Source: Lama guanicoe
Taxonomy: Eukaryota
Direction: 5' to 3'
DNA: 25,781 nucleotides
NCBI GenBank assembly: GCA_013239625.1
Contig: MU053652.1
Location: 7,493,902-7,519,682 of the forward strand
Shown: one piece after another, positions 10,794 through 23,309 of the stretch
How positions within the stretch are numbered: position 1 is the first letter of the stretch
Layout: every line of letters starts with the position of its first letter
Notes under the pieces: model-generated
The model's input: the letters and a program-made list of their open reading frames with translations, nothing else
Database searches by the model: none
Told to the model about the DNA's origin: nothing
Position numbers and translations under genes: made by a program

Positions 10794-12028
10794 AGAAAGA
10801 ACATAGGGAAAACATTCTCTGATATAAATCATAGCAATGTTTTCCTAGGGCATTCTACCAAGACAATAGAAATAAAAGCAAAAATAAACAAATGGGACCT
10901 AATTAAACTTACAAGCTTTTTCTGAGCAAAGGAAACCATAAACCAAACGAAAAGACAGCCTATGGAATGGAAGAAAATACTTGCTAATGATGCAACTGAC
11001 AAGGGCTTAATTTCCAGAATATACAAACAGCTCATACAACTCAATGACAAAAAAACAAGCAACCCAATCAAAAAATGGGCAGAAGACCTAAACCCACATT
11101 TCTTCAATGAAGACATACAAATAGCCAATGCGCACGTGAAAAAAATGCTCAATATCACTAATTATCAGAGAAATGCAAATCAAAACTACAAGGAGATATC
11201 ACCTCACACTGGTCAGAATGGCCATCATTAAAAAGTCCACAAATGATAACTGCTGGAGAGGGTGTGGAGAAAAGGGAACCCTCCTACACTGTTGGTGGGA
11301 ATGTAGTTTGGCACGGCCATTATGGAAAACAGTATGGAGATTCCTTTAAAAACTGAAAATAGACTTACCCTATGATCCAGCAACCCCACTACTGGGGATA
11401 TATCTGGAGAAAATGCTCAGTTAAAAAGATACACGCACCCCAATGTTCATAGCAGCACTATTTACAATAGCCAAGACATGGAGCAACCTAAATGTCCGCT
11501 GGCAGATGACTGAGTAAAGAAGCTGTGGTGTGTGTGTGTATGTGTGTATATATATATATGCAATGGACAAGTACTCAGTAATGGAAAAGAATAAAATAAT
11601 GCCATTTGCAGCAACATGTGTAGACCTGAGCTCATCATACTAAGTGAAGTTAAGTCAGAAAGAGGAAGAAAAATACCACATGATACTACTTACACGTCAA
11701 ATACAAAAAAAAAGGACACAAATGAACTTATCCACAAAACAGAGATAGACCCACAGACATAGTAAACAAAATGGCTACCCGTGGGGAAAGGGAATGGAGA
11801 GGGATAAATTGAGAGTTTGGAATTTGCAGCTACTAACTACTATATATAAAAACAGATAAACAATAAGTTCCTACTATATAGAACAGGGAACTATATTCAA
11901 TACCTTGTAATAGTCTATAGTAAAAAAGAATATGAAAAGGAATATATATATATGGATAATTGAATCACTGTGCTGTACACCAGAAATTAACATAACATTG
12001 TAAATCAACTATACTTCAATTTAAAAAA
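10794..12028 (+). mobile_element. 5'-truncated cetartiodactyl-type (probably camelid) L1 with ORF2 C-terminus, 3' UTR and short A-tail
   Basis: ORF 10962-11231 [44 protein letters not shown] is ORF2; it frameshifts near 11140, and the cysteine-rich domain [18 protein letters not shown] starts at 11251. The 3' tail reads 'acagggaactatattcaataccttgtaata...gaatcactgtgctgtacaccagaaattaacataacattgtaaatcaactatacttcaat'. TSD agaa(c/t)atgatg at 10783-10793 and 12029-12039. Confidence 0.96.
10800..11520 (+). pseudogene. Disrupted L1 ORF2p C-terminal coding remnant
   Basis: ORF2 homology with in-frame stops and a frameshift in the A-run near 11139-11146. It lacks the EN and RT domains. Confidence 0.88.
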
Positions 12029-12334
12029 AGAATATGATGGAAAGAGTATTAAGAGTTGAGGACATCCCCTTAAAAGTAACTTTTTATCTGATTCCCTAAT
12101 TTGTGCTTGTCAGAGAAGATGGTTTATTAATATTAAATGACTGAATTAAGCCTATGCTACATAAGCAAACAGAAAAATACATGGAAAAAAAAAAACCTCT
12201 GAAAGTTACCATAAAATTATATTATTATTCATGTACAGACCGTATACTTTTTAAGATGAATAAGTAGTTGATGGACATAATCCAGAATAAAGCATAGCAT
12301 TAGAATCAGAATATTCATGCTACAAGCTACGCTG

Positions 12335-12745
12335 GTTTATTTCTCCCATATTGTCACTCTAAATGCTGTGTACAAAACACCAAAATTCAGTGAGTGGCAT
12401 AAAATGACAATCGTTCATTCTCACAATAGCAGGTCACCTGGCATGTCTTTGCTTCTGTTTGCTGGCTGTGAGACCACTGAGCCTCAGCGTCAGGCTGTGG
12501 GTCAGTCCAGATCTGCTTTATGAGGCTCATTCTAGGTCTGCTGCTTTCTCAGGATATTCTTCTAATGACAAAATTTGGAAGATCTCAGAAACGCAAATAA
12601 ATTTATGCAACATTTTTTAGCATTTAGGCTCAGAACTCTCCCACGGTTACTTCTCCCACCTTCCATGGGCTGGAGCATGTCACAAAGAGAAGAAACATGC
12701 TCCTCCCAAAGGAGTGGATGGAGGAGTGACTACTGCTGAACGGTA
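12335..12745 (-). mobile_element. MLT1-family (ERVL-MaLR) LTR, degenerate
   Basis: 'gctgtgtacaaaacaccaaaattcagtgagtggcataaaatgacaatc', 'ggtcagtccagatctgctttatg' and 'taggctcagaactctcccacggttacttctcccaccttccatgggctggagcatgtcaca' resemble reverse MLT1 consensus motifs. Confidence 0.65.
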
Positions 12746-12749
12746 AGGG

Positions 12750-12870
12750 ATTCTCCTCAAGCCTCCTTATTTTACAGAGGGGAACACCAGAGGTGCCCGC
12801 AGGGGCAGGCATGTGTGTGTGCTGTGGATGTGACGTGTCCCAGGCGCCAGCAGGTGAATTTCAGAACTTC
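12750..12870 (-). mobile_element. MIR/MIR3 fragment
   Basis: 'ctccttattttacagaggggaacaccagaggtgcccgcaggggcagg...tgacgtgtcccagg' is a reverse MIR core. Confidence 0.55.
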
Positions 12871-13055
12871 AATAATAACAATGTGCTCCATGTTTTAAAG
12901 TGGGAAATCCCAGTATATTTCAGTCTGGTGCTTTACATGACATACTGACATATTTTTACTAAGTGCTATAACGAATTATTGCTTCTCAAATGCTCATTGG
13001 AAGGGTAGGTTTTGAGGTTTTAAAAACTGATAGCCCCGTCCTCCATACCCAGTAG

Positions 13056-13127
13056 ACACACACACACACAAATACACACATATCCACACGTAGATAGTCG
13101 GGGGAGGGGGGAGGAAGGGAGAGAGAA
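13056..13127 (+). repeat. (CA)n followed by a G/GA-rich tract
   Basis: Directly visible. Confidence 0.8.
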
Positions 13128-14449
13128 AACACTAACATAGAAATGTAATTATTTACCTAATTTAAAGCAAAGCCAGCCTTAACTGAATTTGGAGCTGCAG
13201 GGTCTTTCTTGTTTTGTTTTGTTTTGTTTTCCTGCCTAGGAGTTTAGGAATTTCAAGGACTTTTGGAAGCTGCTAGATGATTCCTTTTTACCAAGTTTGT
13301 CATTTTGTCAGCAGGAATGTGAAGTGTGGTTTGATAATCAGGGCAGCAAACCGAGCAGAGCCAAGAATTTGTATCCCTTGTCTTTCATAGGGATGGAAAA
13401 CAAAAATTACTATTTTAAAAAATTTACCTGACTTTTTAACCTCAGGAAAGCAGGATGTGCTGACGAGATAGGTTAATCAGAAGCTATAGGAAGGAAGAAC
13501 ATTTTCTTTCTTGACGTAAACCCTGTGAATATCAAAAAAGGAATTGCTATAACAGAAAAAAAAAAACAAAAACACTGTTACAGCTGTGACTGGTGATGTG
13601 TCCTGAACAGCCTGCAGATCTCACCCAGAATCACTCCGGAATTCATCCACCACACATTTCCTAAGCCGCAGATGGACTTCTTGCTTTTCCGTTGGCAAAT
13701 CTCTCTAAACTGTGGGAATTACCCACCAACACTTCACTTTCCGAACAAGTTTTTAAAATCTTCCCACATATTCTTTAACACACTGCATGTAGAAAGAGCA
13801 CAGAGTTCATTTATACAACACAGCAATCCGCTTGATGAACATGTGATCCGTTAGCTTGTTAAAGGGGAAACAGAGTACATGGGATTAGTCCTACAAAGCA
13901 AAAGCAAAATTCACATTTCTTGACAACAATGATTTTACTCTTCTTAGGACTTTGTGTTGGGCTTGTATTCAATTTATCCTTTGGTTTTTCACAGATCTAC
14001 AATGACTGCCTTAGAATTTCTCTTCCAGACGTTTCCCCCACTTTGAGTGTTCATTAAATTAATGGGAGGTTTGACATTTTTTTTTCTCTGTAGGAATTCA
14101 AATTAGTATCTTTTGATCATGAAGGGAGGGGCTCGGTGGCTTAAATGTCTTTAAGACAAAATTGGCCTTTCTGTAGTTAAACCAAAAAAAAAAAAAGAAA
14201 TCTCTTATTTTTCTCTTCCATCACCAGTTTGCGTTCATCTCCTCACGTAAAACAGAATAGCTAATCATAGTGAATAAAAGAGGGCTTTTTTGATATGATC
14301 ATAGAAGGAATGCAAAATGAAAGAACAGAAAGGCCAGTGTTTTTCTTTTTCATCAACTTTATGTTATTTATGAAACTGTCTTGATGAAACACATTTTCCA
14401 AAGTCCAAACACCCACCTCTGGTTCAGCACACCTAGCCTGCGTAGGAGA

Positions 14450-14835
14450 AAGGAAAGTGAGGCAGAGAGACGTGTATTGAAATTCCATCTCTGCAAATAA
14501 CAACTTATATGACCTTGAACCTACCTATTTACGGGCTTTAATTTCCTCCTTGTGATGAGGATAAAATAATACATGTGATAAGTGATAACACTTGCTAGTA
14601 TCATTACATTTGGAAATAGTAGTATGTAGCAAGCCAGTCGAGTTTAGCCTTTGGCGTCAAGATGGGTCTGGGTTCAAGTTCAGACTCCTCCCCAGGCTAT
14701 ATGAAGAACCACTGATGAGTTTATTCTGCATATGATTTAACTTCCTGATTTTTATAGGGTCAGAGGATTTGGAGGAAAATTCTTGGCCCTCGGCCCCTTG
14801 CTTGGTAGACAGTTGTCACTCAGTAAGTGACAGCC
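14450..14835 (+). mobile_element. Two adjacent degenerate MIR elements (~14450-14600 and ~14620-14835)
   Basis: 'ttatatgaccttgaac...gggctttaatttcctcc' and 'gcctttggcgtcaagatgggtctgggttcaagttcagactcc...cttggtagacagttgtcactcagtaagtgacagc'. Confidence 0.55.
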
Positions 14836-15811
14836 TGTGGTGGTAGTGATGGAAGGAGTAGAAGCAGTCCGCATAGTGAACCAGTGAAAATCCTTATTTG
14901 ATAAAATTCTTACAATTTAGGTTTCTTTATACAGTATTTTAGTCCCCATTTTAGATCTTCCTGAGAAGCTCTACTGAAAACAAATTTCTCTTCTGACACA
15001 TCGTCTATCCTAAAACACATGCCTCCAAGAGAAAACTCATAATTGTCATTGTGACTTTATTTAAGGCTCCCTTCCATCCCAGTCCACAGGGGTGCTCGCT
15101 CATAAGTGGGGAAAATCACATGCGCTAATGAACCCCAGGGTGACAAAGAAGAAGAGGTCCACTCTGTCGTGCTTGCCTCCTTGACTTTACCTCCATGTTT
15201 CTTTGAGTCCCCCTGGAGAAAACCTAAACGTTTTCAGTTTGAAAGGTAGGATTAAAATAGAGAAGGAGTGCTTCACAGGCAGTTGGCTGCCTCAGTCACC
15301 TCTTTGCCCCAACCACTCGAGCCACGGAGTACACAAAGCTGTGATACTGCCCTTTCAGCATCCCGCAAGGTTGGTGGGGGAGGACAGCTTGCTGCAAAGA
15401 TTAATCTCACTGGGCCACTAATATATCCTGCTGCTTATCCAGGAAGGTAATCATTATGTTCCAGCAAAGCAGACATAAAGTAAATCCTATTTCTATTTAG
15501 AGGTAATGGGTAGAAAGAAGGGACAGCAAGAATCAAATTTTTTTTTTTGCCTGACACAATTCTTAGTGTTTCTTCGAACGTTGTGGACGTTTGTAATTCA
15601 ATTGATGAAATTTGCCTTTTTCACTCATTTTTATTTAAGGAGATTTTTTTTAAAGTGCTCCTTTTTGTTTATATGGTGCCAATGAAACTGATGATTAAAA
15701 AAAGGAAATTCATTCAATTAATATACTTCCTTTTGCACAAACTTCAGTTAAACAACTAGTTTGATTGATTTCCCCTCTGCCAGCCTGAATTAACTATGTT
15801 AATTTTAGGTA

Positions 15812-15970
15812 GTCTCATTTTCAAACTTCAATCAAAGGATATTTGTAGGTCTGGCTGCATAAGAACCACCTTGGGAGCTTTACAATAAATTCAGATTCTT
15901 GGGCCCATTCCTGATGCATCAGATTCAGAAGCTCCTGGCTCAAGAACCTGCATTTCAACAAAGATCTTGA
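15812..15970. mobile_element. MER5A-like hAT-Charlie DNA transposon relic
   Basis: 'ggctgcataagaaccaccttgggagctttacaataaattcagattcttgggccc...aagaacctgcatttcaacaa' matches MER5A motifs. Confidence 0.7.
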
Positions 15971-17289
15971 ACATCGATGACAGTCGTAAATTTGTTACAC
16001 ATAATCCCAAACTGGTATCCAGGTGAGAAAAAAAAAAAAGATTTTGTAGTTTCCTCAGGATCTTTTGCTCTGATTGCCTTGACGATTTATCAGCCGGATT
16101 AAGAGATTGATTCTTATAATAAATCAGTGTGTGTTAACAGTGGTATAATTTCAGAGAACCAGGCCTGAAGCCCATGAGGCAAGTTGGGGGGGGGGTTGGG
16201 GTGAATACATCGGGGGTTATTCTATCTCCCTCCTTCCTCATCTGTTAATGATCGCTGATGTCTTTCTACATGTTTTCCCCAATACGGTAAATAAGTAAAG
16301 GATAGATGAATGATGACACTGCACTATATACAGGAGCAGAGATCCTGAGGAGAAGCTAGATTTGAGTGTCCTTATGACTATTCTGAGCCTTGGAAACTCT
16401 GACTTCAGATGAGAAGATGGCTGTAGCATTGTTGCAGCTGAGTTGGCAGAATTTCCAAGACCTGGAGAGATCCTTGTCATAACCACCTGACATTATGGTT
16501 CAATGAAGTTGCAGCTCTAATTCCTGCTGATGTCAGTCACATTTCTGGCTCCATAAGGCCTCAGCCCCTAAATCCAGCCAGATTTTTAGCCAATCTTTGT
16601 TAGGAGTCAGAAAGTGAGGGTGAGAGATGTGGATTGTTGATGTAAACCATTTTTCCAATGTTAGGGTGGACGGGGCAAAACGTACAGTACACACCCAGCT
16701 CAAAGAGCCATTTTATTGCACATCTATTTTGTAGGAATTGTCTGGGAGAACAGGGCTACAGGCATTTTAACAAACAGGCAAGTCTTACTTTCTAAAGTAT
16801 TTAGAAATGTCAGCAATCTGGTAGAAGACTTTTAAAAGGCAATCTATTCTGTTAAAATGTCCCAACATGGGACAAATGTGGTATTTTTCCAATGTAGTCA
16901 CTTGGAAAAGAAACAGCTGCAAACATTTAAAAGGGTCTGATGCAGCCCTGAGCCATCATAGCAGGATGCTGCTGGAAATCTTTGCAGCTGGGATTCTTGA
17001 GCAGCAGGAAGTTTTACATAGCAACTAGTAAGCTACAGAAGGATGTGAGGTGGCCAAAAGGTGTAACGATTACTTACGGAAGAAAAAACTTCTCTGATTG
17101 CTGTGCTACAGGTAGTCACAAAGCAGAAATGTCTTCATAGAAATCATATAAAGGATATAAGCACTAATTTCCCTTTGACGTGGTCCATCATGCTTGTTAC
17201 AGAACTCACAATACGAACATATCTTTATCTTTCATTTACTTGGTTGGTTGTTGATCCCAAAGCCATTTAGAGTGACCGCTATTGGCAGA

Positions 17290-17485
17290 TGGATGGTATA
17301 TGGTACCCACGGATTATCTTCCCAGTCAGCCCCTTCTCTTTGGAACTTCCCGCCCTGCCCCTGGGTGGGCCTGTCTCATCTTTATTTATTCTATATATCC
17401 ATACCTTCAGCCCACAGCTGATTAGACCAGAAGGAGACACCTGACCCAAGTTGGATTAATCTCAGTCCCTCTTCAGAAGTTGGTT
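17290..17485 (+). mobile_element. Ancient MaLR/ERVL LTR fragment (MLT1K/L-like)
   Basis: 'gcccacagctgattagaccagaaggagacacctgacccaagttggattaatc' resembles the MLT1 motif 'ggccacagtgattggt..aggg.tgggcac.tgacccaagctgggccaatc'. Confidence 0.45.
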
Positions 17486-18234
17486 TTAAGCTAGCTTGGA
17501 ATTTACACATGGTAAAGTTTACATATCACTCAAATAATGGTGCTGGAGGAGAGATACATTGGATTGCCTCATTTCCTTAAGTGGCAAAGGAACTGAGAAT
17601 TAAAAATAATGAAATAAAAGAAAGAGTTCAGAAATAAACATGATTCTGTGACACATCCTTCTCTTGCCACCCACCGTTATTATAGGAAGAGCCATGAAGC
17701 ACCCCACATCACTGATGTCAGAGCCCAATTTATTAATGGTAAGAGTGATCATGTTTTTGTCTTTAAAAAGCGGCAAAATGGTTTATTATTTAATATATTC
17801 TTAATGATAAAAAGAATGCAAATGCAGACAGAGTCCCATTTTTACTGTTGGTTCTGCCTCTGATAGCTGGAGCTGTGAATGACCACCTCACCCGCCAGCT
17901 GACACCTCCTCGCCAGAGCTCCCAGAGATGTTTGCATGGAAGACAAGGCCAGTGGCCCTCTGTGCGTTACTAAGTGGCCCGTTCCAAACTCCTGTCCTTC
18001 GAGACCAGGGATGGAAAACAAGTTTCAGGAGGTTATTTATCTCCTCTGGCCTGAGGACTCCCCCAGCTTCAACCCCTTTTTTCTATTTTTAGTTCTGATG
18101 CCAAATCAATCAACCAACCAATTAAACAAACCTTGGAAAATAAACTCACTGAAAAGAGTAAAAAGAACACACTTTCTCTCTAAATAACATGCACTCCACA
18201 ATCTCTCCTCTGGGTTCTATTTGGCTTTCTATCA

Positions 18235-18383
18235 CAGTGCTTCTCCAGCTTTAATGTGCACACATATCAACTGAGAATCTTGTTAAAATTCAGATTCTGA
18301 TTTTACTTCCCTCGAGTGGGACTGACATTCTGCATTTCCAACAAGCACCAAGGTAATGCCAATGACTCTCACTTTGAGCAATG
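18235..18383. mobile_element. MER5A1-like DNA transposon relic
   Basis: 'cagtgcttctccagctttaatgtgcacac...tcttgttaaaattcagattctgatt...attctgcatttccaacaagcaccaaggtaatgcc...cactttgag'. Confidence 0.82.
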
Positions 18384-18619
18384 AGTTTTAAGGTCAAGTG
18401 AAGAAAATTTTTCAGACTACATTCACCACAGTAGGGGGACAGAGAGTAGAAGGGGTCCTTAAAAGAGGGCATCTGAAGTGCTACTCAAAGAGAACCCTTC
18501 ACACAGAGGTAGGAGTGGCCGCTTCTCCTGAATCCTGCAGCTGCAGGCCATTCCAGGTCTTGACAAATATATTAACTCCAGTTCAGGAGTGAAGTCAATG
18601 ACCTTGTGGTCATTTCTAC

Positions 18620-18784
18620 ATAGGATTTCTCATCTGAATAGTTGGTGGAAATTTTTTAAGGAGACAAATCCGTATGACCCAGAAAAAACATTCAATAGCA
18701 TCCTTGGTGTGGGGAACCCAGGTCTGTGTATGTTTACTTAGCCCAAGAGGTGATGCTAATACTTTCTCTTGTTAAGAACCCCTG
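18620..18784. mobile_element. MER5B-like DNA transposon relic
   Basis: 'ggtgtggggaacccagg...gtatgtttacttagccc...aggtgatgctaat...gttaagaacccctg' resembles the MER5B end. Confidence 0.5.
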
Positions 18785-19094
18785 AATCGGGATTGTAGTG
18801 AGTGTATCCCTAACAGATATACATCCGGCTTAACATAATGAGAGTCTATCACGTCAGAGCCCATGGTAACACTCTATTGCTAAGGCTGATGGTAATCATT
18901 TTTAATGGGGAAGTTCCTGCCAATATTTGGAAAAACATTATTTTCATATGTTATTGATAAAAAATATTTTATTTGCATTTATAATATTAAGTACACAAAA
19001 TATAATTTAGCATGCTTTTAAAAAAATGATACAATTGATCATAACTTATTTAGAGAACAGGATTCGTTCTGAGGTCCCTTATATTTGAATCATT

Positions 19095-19295
19095 ATTGGC
19101 AGTTTACAACTTATTTCTATGTATCATACCAAATTTATTCCTGCAGTAAACTGATGAAAAATAATATTATTTCCCCTTTTTATAGATGTGGAACTTGAGA
19201 TGGGTAATTTAAATATCTTCCCAAAGTCATCAAATTTCTAAGTGGCGAGGCTAGGATTTAAACAAGGTTTGTCAGATCCTTGTTCTCAACCCTCT
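19095..19295 (-). mobile_element. MIR SINE
   Basis: 'tattatttcccctttttatagatgtggaacttgag...tcttcccaaagtcatc...ctaagtggcgaggctaggatttaaacaagg'. Confidence 0.75.
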
Positions 19296-20654
19296 GGGAT
19301 GTACTGCTAGTTTTTAAATCAGTGTAAGAATTTTGAACAAATAAACCTATTATTCAAGTCAATGAAAATTGTCTTTCATTTAAAAATGTTAAATGTTTGA
19401 TTAACAATTTACTGTCTTAATCATAACAAAAAATTGACTAACACTCGTTGTCCTTCTGGTATTAAAGTTTGCACCCTGTGTTCTTCACACAAGGGCCAGA
19501 TTGATGGTTGAGTAGCAGAATAAAATAAATGAGATGGAGATGAAACCAGAATAAAATAAATAGAAACCATTCCCCCAGTAACAGTGTTCTTGTATTCCCT
19601 TTTAGAAGAAGGGATTTTAAAAGGGTTATTTTATTGCCATCTGTGAAAAATTCAGTTTCAATTATAAACTTTTTTTTGAAAATGATGTGTGGAGCAAATT
19701 TTGCCCTGATCTGTGAAAAAGTTTTGTTTTGCTTTATTTCTACCAAAAATGATGCAGAAATTGGTAGGAGTCCCCTTTTTCCTATGAAGTGATCTTGACG
19801 TCACTGAAGAAAGTCAAAACTCCAGAAGTTCAGCAGGAGCCAGGGAAAATATACTGACATTTAACTCCCAGCCCCTGAGAGTTTACCCCTTAAAATTTAC
19901 TTGTATAGTTTCAGAATTCTTTAACAGTTGAATGCCATTCCTCTTAGCCCAACAGCTGTCTCTTGCATTTTATTCTCGATGAAGCCAAGGTTTACGTCTA
20001 TTGGAAGACTAAATCACCAGTGGTTCAACGTGTCTAGTTCATCGTCTTTAGCTGCAAAGGTTCATTTAATGCTCTCTCCGCTGCATATTAGAAATAGCTC
20101 TGAGAGCAGCAGCTTCAGAAAAGGAGAAAGGTTCAGAAAATGACATTCTACTCACTTGGATTCCTCGGCCATCATAAGGTTTGCCCTCAGAAGCCAATCC
20201 TTTGTCTCAGTCTGAAATGCCTCTCACATCGAAATGTGCAGCCTCGTCACTCACGTGGTGCTGCGGATGGATGCTCATCTTGCAGAAGATGGTTGTGTCC
20301 TGTTCCTTTTCTGGAACTTGGCTCTGACAGAAGCAAGCTGCGTCACCTAACCCACAGAGCACAGATGTGCCAGATCCTGAAGCCCAGCCCCATTACCTCT
20401 GTTTCGGCAGCGTGAAGATCCACCCCACAAGCGAAGTGCCCCATGGGACCAGGGAGGCTACTGCTGCAAATGCATCTCAGTTAAACGTCTCTCTCATCCC
20501 AGTCCTGTCTCCCTGCATTGTTCCCAAGCACACTCCCCAGTGAGGCCCCTACGTGCAGATCTCAGAGACTCAGGGTCTTGGGTCCTCACCTGCACCACCA
20601 CCAGTGCCCTAGAACACTTGTCCTCATTGCAAAAACATTGGTCCCTTCATACAC

Positions 20655-21080
20655 AAGTCCCTTCAGTCACCAAATAGTTTTCAAATTTCCACTGTGTCAG
20701 GCATGGATTAATTGCTGGGGATAAGATGGTACATAAAACAGATGTGATACTTGGCTACGGAGACTACATTCTGGTGGTGAGTATAAGAAAGAGGTATTTT
20801 CAATGAATTGTAATAATATACTACAAAGGAGAAATCTAAAAAGGGAGGACCAAATCCATCATTGTGGAGATAGGGAAGAGTCTCTGAAGGCAATGATCTC
20901 TTGCTGAGAATTAAAAGGTAAGTAGGATGACCTAGGTTGTGGGCAGCAGGGTACACTCCAGGTAGAGAAAACACTGGGTTTTGAGATCTTCAGTCTGAGT
21001 CACTGAAAGTTTCAATGTAGCTGGAATTTAAGTGCAAAATGTTGGAGTGGCAGGCATGGGAGCCATATTAAAGTGTTCCA
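20655..21080 (-). mobile_element. L2 (L2a-like) 3' end
   Basis: 'ttcagtcaccaaatagtttt...ccactgtgtcaggcatgg...tgctggggataagatggtacataaaacagatgtg...ttgctgagaattaaaaggtaagtagga...ctccaggtagagaaaaca'. Confidence 0.75.
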
Positions 21081-21101
21081 CTGAAAATATTTTAGAGCAT
21101 A

Positions 21102-21712
21102 TTTTGGCAGCTTCATTGAGGTATAATAGATATAATAAACTACATATATTTAACATACAAAATTTGATAAATTTTAATGTGCACACACACCTCATTATCA
21201 TCATCACAATCAAGACACTGAGCACATCTATCACATCCAAACATTTCCTCATGCCCCTTGGTAAATCCTTTCTCCAGCTCTCTCCAGTCTTATGGTGAAC
21301 ACTGATATTTTGCCACTATAGATAGTTGGCATTTTATAGTATGTGAGATATTTTATTTTTGTTTGAATTCTTTCACTCAGTGTAATTATATTGCAAGTCA
21401 TTCATGTTGTTCATCATCAATATTTTACTCTTTTTCATAGTTCAGTGGTATTCCAAGATATGGATGTACCATAGTTTGTTTATCCACCCACTGTAGATGG
21501 ACAGTTCAGTTTTCAGTTATTACAAACAAAGCTGCTTGGAACACTCATGTACAAGTCTTTGTGTGGACAAATGCTTTCATTTCCCTTAGGTAAATACCTA
21601 GGAGTGGAATGGATGGGCCACATGGAATGTGCATATTTAACTTTGTACAAAACTGCCAAAATAGTTTGCGAAGATTGTGCCATTACACCAACCCACAATC
21701 AATGGGAGTTGT
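21102..21712 (-). mobile_element. Old L1M (L1MC/L1MD-like) 3' end
   Basis: 'cagcttcattgaggtataatag...aataaactacatatatttaa...catcacaatcaagacactgagcacatctatcac...aaatacctaggagtggaatggatggg...aactgccaaa'. Confidence 0.9.
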
Positions 21713-22844
21713 AAAGAAAAAACCCTGTCCCACACCAGAGTTGGAATTACCTGGAACCCACTGGGCCTTCCCCCATAAGCCACACCATCACTATGACTTC
21801 TGTTACTACCTATGTGTTTCTCCTGTCCAACTTCTTTCCTCTCTTCTGGGTAACACATGACTTTCCCAACTTATCCCATTGCCTTTACTATCAAAAATTG
21901 CTCACAGGATAAGAAATAAATGACTGGCAATGCAGTTATCCTATAGCACTACAGCAATACAGATGAATAATAATTAATGGAAGATGAAGATTATCATGAT
22001 TGAAAGATAGAACTAGAAAAACATAACCATCAGGTAATTTCTTCCTGTAATTATCATATTTACATTTGCTATCCCTGGAAGAAGAGTCTGAATTCTACAC
22101 CCCTTGATTTATACCATTTTTCCACTGTAGTACAAGGTCTCATACATGCAAGTTCTCAGTGAATGTTGACTGGCTGACAGATACTTACGGAGTGACAGAA
22201 GAGAGGCGATTAAAATCTCTAACCTCTACTTTTGCTTCTATAAAGTTATCTTTTAACTACTTCAACCCACTGTGTTTTGCGAAACCTAATACACGTGCAA
22301 TACGATACGTTGGTCCCAGGATCTGGAAGAGCCCTACGGCAGTTGTATAACGCCTGCCTCCACCCCAGTTCCAGGCCCTAGAAGGCAAAACTTTTAATAT
22401 TCTTAAGCTAAGCTGGTTAGAGTAGGGGGAAACTACTTACAGTTCTGACGTCAGACTGACAGGAGTTTGCATAGTCAACTGGCAGATTCTTCACCAAAGA
22501 AGAATATATACATGCATCATGACAAGGATAAAACCAAAGTTAGACGAAATATTTTGCCCATTTATCATCCATGTCATTTTTATAGCTCGTAGCACCTCTG
22601 AGTAAGTCTCTTAGCCCTGGCAATGCCCACGTTGGCCCAGCACCTCGTGTCCCTTTCAAGTCAAGACTCTCCCTCTATTGAGTCTGACCCATGATACATC
22701 CATTCTACTGAGCTAATGAGCAGTAGTGGCAAAGGACGACACATTTCATGACCATCGGTTAAATTTTGCAGGTGGAATGCCCAGTAGACTGGTAACTAAA
22801 GTTAACTTCTGAATCCTCCCTAGAAACGGTTGAGGGTAATATTA

Positions 22845-23010
22845 CTCTATTCTAAGCATTGTAGTGAGCCCTTCACAAACATTACTTAATTCATTCCCAC
22901 AAAACCTCTGAGTTAGGCAGTTCAGAGAAACTGAAACTCAAAATTTAAATAGTCAGTCCAGCCCCAGAGACCTAATAAGAGCAGAGTAGATCAGGAGACT
23001 GAGACTTTTA
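22845..23010 (-). mobile_element. MIR SINE, degenerate
   Basis: 'ttcacaaacattacttaattcattcccacaaaacctctgagttagg...agagaaactgaaactcaaa'. Confidence 0.55.
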
Positions 23011-23309
23011 TCTCTTTGCCTTCTTCACAGCTGGCACAAGCTCATATCTGGGAAAATGCCTTTGGTTGTGGTTCTATATTCCAGCCCATTTCCATGCAAA
23101 TCTCACCTCCAGACACCAAATGTCTATTTCATAGAATATTAACACTCCTCACTAAATATTCAGCATTCCTTTTTTTTTTAAACATTGATGCTCTTTCCTT
23201 TCTAAATTAGAAATTCAAGAAAAAATTATAGAGTAAAGAAAAGGATGAGATTAAATGTCAAATTAATAAATTCTCTAGTAAACAAAAAAATAAAAGCAGC
23301 CTAGTCAAT

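Noticed and set aside
10829..11158. 109-aa hydrophobic minus-strand ORF resembling a membrane protein
   Set aside because: It is the antisense translation of A-rich L1 ORF2, a well-known source of spurious gene calls.
13975..14145. Several splice-acceptor-like sites (ttggtttttcacag; tttctcttccag; ttgacatttttttttctctgtag|g at 14093)
   Set aside because: There is no convincing downstream donor or open, recognisable reading frame, and such tracts are common in AT-rich DNA.
16186..16215. G-run (G11, G4, G5) as a functional G-quadruplex
   Set aside because: It is a simple homopolymer tract with no evidence of function.
16858..16874. Hairpin TGTCCCA-ACA-TGGGACA
   Set aside because: A 7-bp stem is expected by chance in 25 kb, and there is no RNA-gene context.
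17080..17115. Possible 28-nt minus-strand micro-exon (ctgtag|...tcc|gtaagta)
   Set aside because: The exonic donor context and pyrimidine tract are weak, and there is no supporting neighbouring exon.
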